This document shows, piece after piece, positions 8,617 to 13,913 of a stretch of 13,913 nucleotides of DNA. The position numbers and the translations under genes are program-made. The stretch's first letter is position 1. The number at the start of each line of letters is the position of its first letter. Origin of the DNA: Candidatus Heimdallarchaeota archaeon (GTDB taxonomy: Archaea > Asgardarchaeota > Heimdallarchaeia > Heimdallarchaeales > Heimdallarchaeaceae); the NCBI GenBank assembly GCA_030668875.1, contig DAOVER010000068.1, forward strand, positions 1 through 13,913. The letters run 5' to 3'. The notes under the pieces were generated by a model, which searched no databases, was not told the origin of the DNA, and saw nothing but the letters and a program-made list of their open reading frames with translations.

Positions 8617-9138
8617 TTATTCCATTCCTTCTCCTGCAAATGCATTTATCCATCTTGTGAATATGTTATATTTTGACATTTTCTTTATTTCTTCTCTTCT
8701 TTTCGCATCCAATGTTTGCCCTGTCTTCATTGAGTTTATTTCTTCCCAGTTATTGCTTAATCCTTCTAGTAGTGCTTTTATATCTGAATTTAGCGCTATT
8801 TGTTCCATTGGGTTATCTGTCATTATTGCACTTGGTATTAGTATTCTTGTATCAAATATTCTTGCTATGTCTGCTTCTTCAAATGTGAATGTTGTTAGTT
8901 TTGAGAATGAAATTTCTACACTTGCCGTTGACTCTATTTGTGGTATTTTTATTGCATAGCTTATTATGCTCCTACTTGTGCTCCTCTTAATATATTCAAT
9001 CTTACTTAGTCTTTTTAGTTGTTCCACTAAATCTTCTGAAAAGCCACTATTCCTCCCTATTCCTGTACTCGTTTTTATCATATCTTCTACTATTTCTCCT
9101 ATTGTTAGTTTTGATTTATATATAAAATCAAATGCCAT
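8617..9138 (-). CDS. Hypothetical soluble protein directly upstream of actin
   Basis: 173-aa ORF with ATG, partial SD (AAGTGA) and normal globular composition. No motif I recognise. Confidence 0.75.
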   Translation of the reverse strand: MAFDFIYKSKLTIGEIVEDMIKTSTGIGRNSGFSEDLVEQLKRLSKIEYIKRSTSRSIISYAIKIPQIESTASVEISFSKLTTFTFEEADIARIFDTRILIPSAIMTDNPMEQIALNSDIKALLEGLSNNWEEINSMKTGQTLDAKRREEIKKMSKYNIFTRWINAFAGEGME

Positions 9139-9289
9139 TTTATCACTTCAATTTTTGTAGTACAAAATACTCTCATTTGACTAAATAAATTGTTTGTAAT
9201 TGAGATGGACACATATTGTCAGTTGTATTCCTATCTAACAGAGAAAATTCTTTCAGAAGACAAGACATCTACAATGATTTGGAGGAAGA

Positions 9290-9370
9290 ATGAAGTTAAA
9301 GAACAAAAATAATTTGCTGAAATATCTTAGGAAAAAGAGAGATGGAAACAGTAATATATTGTGGAGCTAG
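9290..9370 (+). CDS. Putative 26-aa basic small ORF (MKLKNKNNLLKYLRKKRDGNSNILWS)
   Basis: GGAGG at 9281-9285, ATG at 9290, TAG at 9368-9370. Below the track's length cutoff; may be a gene remnant. Confidence 0.3.
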   Translation: MKLKNKNNLLKYLRKKRDGNSNILWS

Positions 9371-9436
9371 TTAACAATATTCTATATGTTAGTTGACGAA
9401 ACAATACAAATAAGAGTAAAGTTAGCCTAGCTCCAC
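9361..9436 (+). other. Long imperfect hairpin (candidate structured RNA, terminator or mobile-element end)
   Basis: Perfect 10-bp stem GTGGAGCTAG/CTAGCTCCAC, then TTAAC/GTTAG, TATTCT/AGAGTA and TATGTT/AACAATA stems. Two G-U pairs favour the + strand. Confidence 0.6.
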
Positions 9437-9611
9437 TTAAGTTTCTTGTTCCTTCTATAAAAAGATTTTAGAACTTCAACAAAATTTTGATTATTAGTTT
9501 AATTTTTTTAAAATAATTTGTATGGCATTTTGTATATGATTAGTTTAAATAGTCTTTTCTATCTTAATTAATGTCACATTATGTGAACAAATTAGAAGTT
9601 GACGAAACAAT
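9391..9611 (+). repeat. Exact 15-bp direct repeat AGTTGACGAAACAAT (9391-9405 and 9597-9611)
   Basis: Read directly from the sequence. Confidence 0.85.
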
Positions 9612-11124
9612 GAAAATGAATAAAACAAGAACTTTGTTCTTATTGAGTATGTTGTTTGCAAGTCTGTTTTTAGCAATCAGCTTACAAACAATTGATGTTA
9701 CAGCATCAGATCCTCCTGGGACTGTTACTATTAACTCTCCCTCTGGAACTAATGTGGTTGAATACTTCAATTATCTTACTATAGATTTTGAAGTTGAGAG
9801 AAATATCCCTTGGCTTTATACTGGTTCAGCCATCTACATAAGTGGAGTACTAGTAACAAACACTGGTAGCGATGATTATACTGGTTATTTCTATCCTGAA
9901 GCTTACGCAGGTTATCATTCAGTACATATCGAAGCCCATTTTATTGATCGATTTTTACAAACAAAAAATGTTGATGCTTATGCTTACTTTACAGTAACTA
10001 CAACCGGAAACATGACAAACATAGAAGATTTGCGAATTGATGAATTACAAGACTATGAAGCTGGAAAAGGTTATCTTGATGGTTCAGGAATTACTATTTG
10101 CATAATTGATGATCTCCTAGGGGCAGATGACAATTATGATGGTTTTCACAAATCTATGATCCGTTCAGGAAAAAATGATATTTATGGAGATCCTGAAAGA
10201 AAATACATTGACATAAAATATTACAAAGATACTAACTTAGATGGAGATTTCGAAGAAGATTGGGATGTAGATACAGATACAAAACAAGAGAAATGGCAAG
10301 AAATATTCGATGAAGGAGAAGCAAATTATAATGAATTAACTGACGTTCATGGCACATATTGCTTCGCAGGACTAAGACAAATTGCTCCAGGGGCAGATTT
10401 CATATTTATTGAAACAAATGGGAACATTCTTGATATTAGAAACTCCATTGATTGGTTACATGAAAATGAAAATTATAATACATTGGGAATTGATATTATA
10501 AGTATGTCTATGCCAGGTACCAAACAAAATGCTGATGAAATTGCAGATATGTATGATGACGGGGTAATATTTGTCAATGCCGCTGGAAATTCATATAAAG
10601 AGTTGACAGGATTTGAGGAGGACGAAACAGCCTATCCTGCTAGTTTAAACACAACAATTGGAGTTACAGGTGTCACTAATAGTTATTACTATAATTCATC
10701 CGTTCGATGGGAAAAAGAAGATGCTTCTGACTGGGGATATGGTATAGATATTGCTTGTATTTCAAATAGAACGATTCTTGACTGGGAACCAGTTGTTGGT
10801 ATAGATAATTTTGGTGGAACTAGTAATGCAGCGCCAATAGTTGCAGGAATTATTGCCCTAGTTGAACAGTATCAAGATAACTATAAATCTGGGACAGATC
10901 TAACAGTATCATTAGTTCAGACCTTATTTAAAGAAACTGGTGATGCCCCTGGTAGCGCTCCTAATGATCAAGGAACAGCAATCGGCGGATATTATGAAAG
11001 TGTTAGTGCAAATCATTCTCTCTTCCCATATGAGCGCTCAACTACATTATATGAAACATATACATATGGTTGGGGAATCATTGATGGATATGAGTTTTGG
11101 AAATATTTCAAACTAAATTACTAG
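9610..11124 (+). CDS. Secreted S8 (subtilisin-like) serine peptidase with N-terminal Ig-like domain
   Basis: Signal peptide MKMNKTRTLFLLSMLFASLFLAISLQTIDVTA. Catalytic motifs GSGITICIIDD (Asp), VHGT (His), AAGN (oxyanion Asn), GGTSNAAPIVAG (Ser). The start is more likely ATG 9610 or 9616 than the track's 9571. Confidence 0.9.
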   Translation: MKMNKTRTLFLLSMLFASLFLAISLQTIDVTASDPPGTVTINSPSGTNVVEYFNYLTIDFEVERNIPWLYTGSAIYISGVLVTNTGSDDYTGYFYPEAYAGYHSVHIEAHFIDRFLQTKNVDAYAYFTVTTTGNMTNIEDLRIDELQDYEAGKGYLDGSGITICIIDDLLGADDNYDGFHKSMIRSGKNDIYGDPERKYIDIKYYKDTNLDGDFEEDWDVDTDTKQEKWQEIFDEGEANYNELTDVHGTYCFAGLRQIAPGADFIFIETNGNILDIRNSIDWLHENENYNTLGIDIISMSMPGTKQNADEIADMYDDGVIFVNAAGNSYKELTGFEEDETAYPASLNTTIGVTGVTNSYYYNSSVRWEKEDASDWGYGIDIACISNRTILDWEPVVGIDNFGGTSNAAPIVAGIIALVEQYQDNYKSGTDLTVSLVQTLFKETGDAPGSAPNDQGTAIGGYYESVSANHSLFPYERSTTLYETYTYGWGIIDGYEFWKYFKLNY

Positions 11125-11131
11125 CTATTTG

Positions 11132-11152
11132 CTTCTTTTACTTTTTTTCTTT
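11132..11152 (+). terminator. Putative oligo-U terminator between the convergent genes
   Basis: CTTCTTTTACTTTTTTTCTTT just after the S8 stop. Confidence 0.45.
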
Positions 11153-11167
11153 ACACTTCTAAATAAT

Positions 11168-11815
11168 TCAAACACTCTTCTTTTTCCATAGATATAAAAC
11201 TACACCTATGAAAATTAATCCAAAACTACTTATTCCATAATTTATTGCTTCAAAAGGATAGAATTCCTCTCTATTATTATACTCAAAAAAATAGGTTATG
11301 TTATTTTCAGTTACGGTAATAATTAATTGTTCTGTTATAACTGGAACTGGTACAGTGCTACAATTGGTAAAATCAAACCATAGAGAATATTCGCCAACAG
11401 GTAAGGTCTCTTCGTTGTAATCTTTTACAATGATTAAAAATGGATAGGTTTTATTATAAATACCTGGAGGTTTCACTGATATCCCCGAAACCCACTCTAT
11501 CACGAAACCATGATAAACAACAATATTCTTGTTTTCCAGATTTGTTCTCAAGTAAGGGAAAGGATATGGACCACACACATAATCAACTGGGACATCATGA
11601 CCCGTTGGATTTTCTACTTGATAGACTAGATCAATTTGAAAATATGTTTCATTGGTGTCATCACTCTCTCTCGCAAGAGGAGGATAAGTAGCATCAATAA
11701 TACTCACAATTAGAGATTCCTCCAGACTCTCCATTTCAGCTGGAACAACAATCAGAGTGATTAGCGAGATTATTATCACAACTGAAATCGAAATTTGCTT
11801 GATTTTGTTGTTCAT
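11168..11815 (-). CDS. Membrane-anchored surface protein (signal peptide, beta-rich Ig-like ectodomain, C-terminal TM plus KKK)
   Basis: N-terminal hydrophobic ISVVIIISLITLIVVPA; N-glycosylation sequons NET, NKT, NCS, NIT; C-terminal FGLIFIGVVLYLWKKK. Confidence 0.8.
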   Translation of the reverse strand: MNNKIKQISISVVIIISLITLIVVPAEMESLEESLIVSIIDATYPPLARESDDTNETYFQIDLVYQVENPTGHDVPVDYVCGPYPFPYLRTNLENKNIVVYHGFVIEWVSGISVKPPGIYNKTYPFLIIVKDYNEETLPVGEYSLWFDFTNCSTVPVPVITEQLIITVTENNITYFFEYNNREEFYPFEAINYGISSFGLIFIGVVLYLWKKKSV

Positions 11816-12179
11816 TTGTAAATTCGTACTCCAATATTTACTATATGAAATTCATTTAAATATACAACGGTTCATGAAATCTACTAGCTTATCGTAATGG
11901 TTAGTTATTTGGAACTATTGTTCTTTTTATCCCCTTTTCCTTCTTTTCTCTCAGATTAGGTATGGCTTTCAATTTATGGGATAGTTCTGAAGAGGTTAGA
12001 GATTCTTCTTGGAGTTCTTTTGAGAATAGAGTTGAGTTGATCCTTAAGGAAAGAACAACTATCCATTTAGAACAATTACTCAAATAACTTCTTTAGTATT
12101 ATGCACTTAATTACACCTATGAGTGAGGAACAGAATTCTAAGCAAAAATCTTTGAAAGTCTACAAAAAGAAGTAATGTC

Positions 12180-12564
12180 TCAAGAATATAAGGTTACAAG
12201 AGTAATTATCAAGCTTTTGTTTTAAATCTATAGCAGAAATTTTCCTAGTTATAGAGAGATTGATTATTCAACAACTGTACTCGATGAAAGAGGTAATGAT
12301 TAAATCCTAGAAAGATTTGATAACATCATTAAGCAGTAGTTAATCACGTGAAAATTAGAACATAGCAAATAACTTCTCTGAATTTTGATAAGAATACCCT
12401 TTTATTGTATTATTATACAGTAAATCATAATCAATTTGTAATTTTGATATTTTCTCCATTCCCCGAGTTTCTTCCAAACCAAGTTTCTTTTCACCACTTA
12501 CAAATAATGTCAGTTTATCCTCTTCTATTTTAGTAGTTTTTTTCTTCAAAATATTTCCCTTCAT
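12180..12564 (-). pseudogene. Possible decayed LRR paralogue
   Basis: The 69-aa ORF starting 7 nt after the LRR stop contains KISKLQIDYDLL (compare KIKSINIDYNLI in the intact gene). Broken frames further downstream give IINLS...KISAIDLK (compare VINLQNNFLESIDLK). Confidence 0.35.
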
Positions 12565-12571
12565 CTTTTTC

Positions 12572-13435
12572 TTAGATTAATTTTCGTTGTGGATTTCTCT
12601 TAAGAAGTTCTTCTCTCCTTTCTTTTCTTTCTCTTTTCTCCTCTCTGAAAAACTTATCAAGCATCTTTTCTTGTTCTGCTGAATAGAACTCCCCCTTAGA
12701 ATATACTATCGTGGGTTTGTTTTTCGATTTAACTTCTGACATGCTTTGGATTTTTACATTTGGGTCAGTGCATAAAACGTATTTTTTCTTCTCTCCCATC
12801 CCCCTTAAATCGATATTTTTCAAGAGATTTCTTTCTAATGAAATTGCTGAAATCTTATTTTCTTTAGAAAGCGAATCAAGTTTTACTTCCCTAAGCTTAT
12901 TGTCACCCAAGTCCAACTCTCGAAGATTCCTGCTTTTTTCAAGAAATTTGAAATCTATCTTCTCAATCTCATTACTGAATAAACGAATTTCTTCTATGTT
13001 CTTCCACTCTGTTTCCTTTCTGAACCTTATTTCACTAATGAGATTATAATCTATGTTTATGCTTTTTATTTTAGTATTTTTGTAAAGGGGTTTGAGATCT
13101 ATACTTTCTAAGAAATTGTTCTGGAGGTTTATTACCCTTAGCTCTTTACAGTATTTTAGAGGACTAAGGTTTATCGACAAGAGTTGATTATTGCTCAAAT
13201 CTAGACTTCTAAGTTTTTTGCAATTGACAAGAGGTAGTAAATCAATACTAGTTAGATTATTAGTACTAATATCTATTTTCTTAATATCTTTACACTCCTC
13301 TAACGATTCTAGATTAATTTCATTTATGGATAAACAAGCAAGCTCAAGTTCTTCAATATCTGATTCGACATCAAAGTTATCTTCCTGTCCTTCTCTTTGA
13401 AGTCCCAACTTAATCTTCATACTTATCCCTGTCAA
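12572..13435 (-). CDS. Leucine-rich repeat protein (22-aa LxxLxLxxNxLxxIDLxPLxxC type) with a highly charged C-terminal tail
   Basis: Repeats such as IKKIDISTNNLTSIDLLPLVNC, LRSLDLSNNQLLSINLSPLKYC and LRVINLQNNFLESIDLKPL. Start is TTG 13435 or ATG 13420. Confidence 0.92.
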   Translation of the reverse strand: MTGISMKIKLGLQREGQEDNFDVESDIEELELACLSINEINLESLEECKDIKKIDISTNNLTSIDLLPLVNCKKLRSLDLSNNQLLSINLSPLKYCKELRVINLQNNFLESIDLKPLYKNTKIKSINIDYNLISEIRFRKETEWKNIEEIRLFSNEIEKIDFKFLEKSRNLRELDLGDNKLREVKLDSLSKENKISAISLERNLLKNIDLRGMGEKKKYVLCTDPNVKIQSMSEVKSKNKPTIVYSKGEFYSAEQEKMLDKFFREEKRERKERREELLKRNPQRKLI

Positions 13436-13720
13436 CCACTTTGCAACAAGTTTTGTTTCAATTTATATTATGTTAATACAAATAAAAATTCTGTGAACGC
13501 AACTTTTTCGTATCGGTTAGAAGTATTTTCTCTTCTAAAGAATTTGCTCTTAAACTGTGAGAATTGTTCTTTATAATGATTAAAACGAGTTCCTTTTTTT
13601 TGTGAAATGCTCTTTTGTGGCTCTGAAAGATTTGTTTTAGTATCAGTTATGCATTTCGATAATTAAAATGATAACAATCTAATTATTAAAATAACGGTAT
13701 AACCTTAATAAGTGCATATT

Positions 13721-13913
13721 GTGACGTACGTTTAATCTACTGAAAGGCTTTACACCTTCGGTAGAATATTTAACGCACGTTATGAAACTTGGTTAAACTT
13801 GCCAGAGGCGGTCTAACCGTCGTTTAAGTGGGTCCCCTCACGTGCGTTGAGGGGAAGAATCATGAGGATCATGATTGGGGAAGGAATGAAGGGAGTGCGC
13901 ATTTACTCCGACA
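13721..13913 (+). mobile_element. Probable 5' portion (domain I) of a group IIB (chloroplast-like class) intron RNA, truncated by the window end
   Basis: 13801-13913 is 61/113 GC. Five or more hairpins, plus a loop (13841-13847) complementary to 13773-13779. Motifs GAGGCGGTCTAACCGTCG and GGAAGGAATGAAGGGA match my recollection of group IIB domain-ID sequences. The 5' end GTGACGTACGTT only approximates the GTGCG consensus. Confidence 0.6.

Noticed and set aside
4907-9160. Short track ORFs 4907-5122, 7377-7619, 8657-8959, 8673-8888, 8966-9160
   Set aside because: Antisense to the ECF, actin and hypothetical genes. Their Leu/Phe/Ser/Ile richness reflects the reverse complement of A-rich coding DNA.
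9361-9436. Hairpin as a SECIS element
   Set aside because: No AUGA/GA non-Watson-Crick core, no apical AAR, and no adjacent in-frame UGA selenoprotein candidate.
9391-9611. 15-bp repeat as a CRISPR array or an IS200/IS605 (IscB/TnpB) end (AGTTGAC)
   Set aside because: Only two short copies 206 nt apart and no cas genes; it also lacks the GC-rich subterminal hairpin and GGGGT context of IS200/IS605 ends.
11901-12083. 60-aa minus-strand ORF
   Set aside because: TTG start with no SD and no recognisable motif; at best part of the decayed region.
12081-12377. 12-bp direct repeat CAAATAACTTCT (12081-12092, 12366-12377)
   Set aside because: Short and AT-rich with no flanking element features; plausibly chance or a by-product of LRR repeat decay.
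9579-13400. Short track ORFs 9579-9770, 11440-11691, 12711-13049, 13191-13400
   Set aside because: Antisense shadows of the S8, surface-protein and LRR genes. The apparent periodicity in the last two mirrors the LRR repeats.
13801-13913. GC-rich end region as tRNA, 5S rRNA, SRP RNA, RNase P RNA or a CRISPR repeat
   Set aside because: No cloverleaf/TTCGA, no SRP helix-8 motif, no RNase P GAGGAAAGTCC, and the CCCCTCA hairpin is not repeated.

Overview
AT-rich (about one-third GC by eye) archaeal DNA, almost certainly from an Asgard archaeon, because it encodes a full-length eukaryote-like actin of the conserved Asgard 'Lokiactin' type. The left ~9.1 kb is a housekeeping block: a partial PLP-dependent Ser/Thr dehydratase, a TldE/PmbA-type protein, a membrane zinc-ribbon protein, thymidylate kinase, a single-chain ECF energizing module (ATPase-ATPase-EcfT fusion), and the minus-strand run hypothetical > actin > prefoldin beta > DUF3194 > DHH phosphoesterase. 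The right ~4.8 kb looks accessory: a small ORF plus a long RNA-like hairpin, a secreted S8 subtilase with an unusual domain layout, a membrane-anchored Ig-like surface protein, an LRR gene with a probable decayed neighbour, and a GC-rich multi-hairpin stretch at the window end that I read as the 5' part (domain I) of a group IIB intron, possibly internally deleted. All family calls come from motif recognition by eye; no searches were run.
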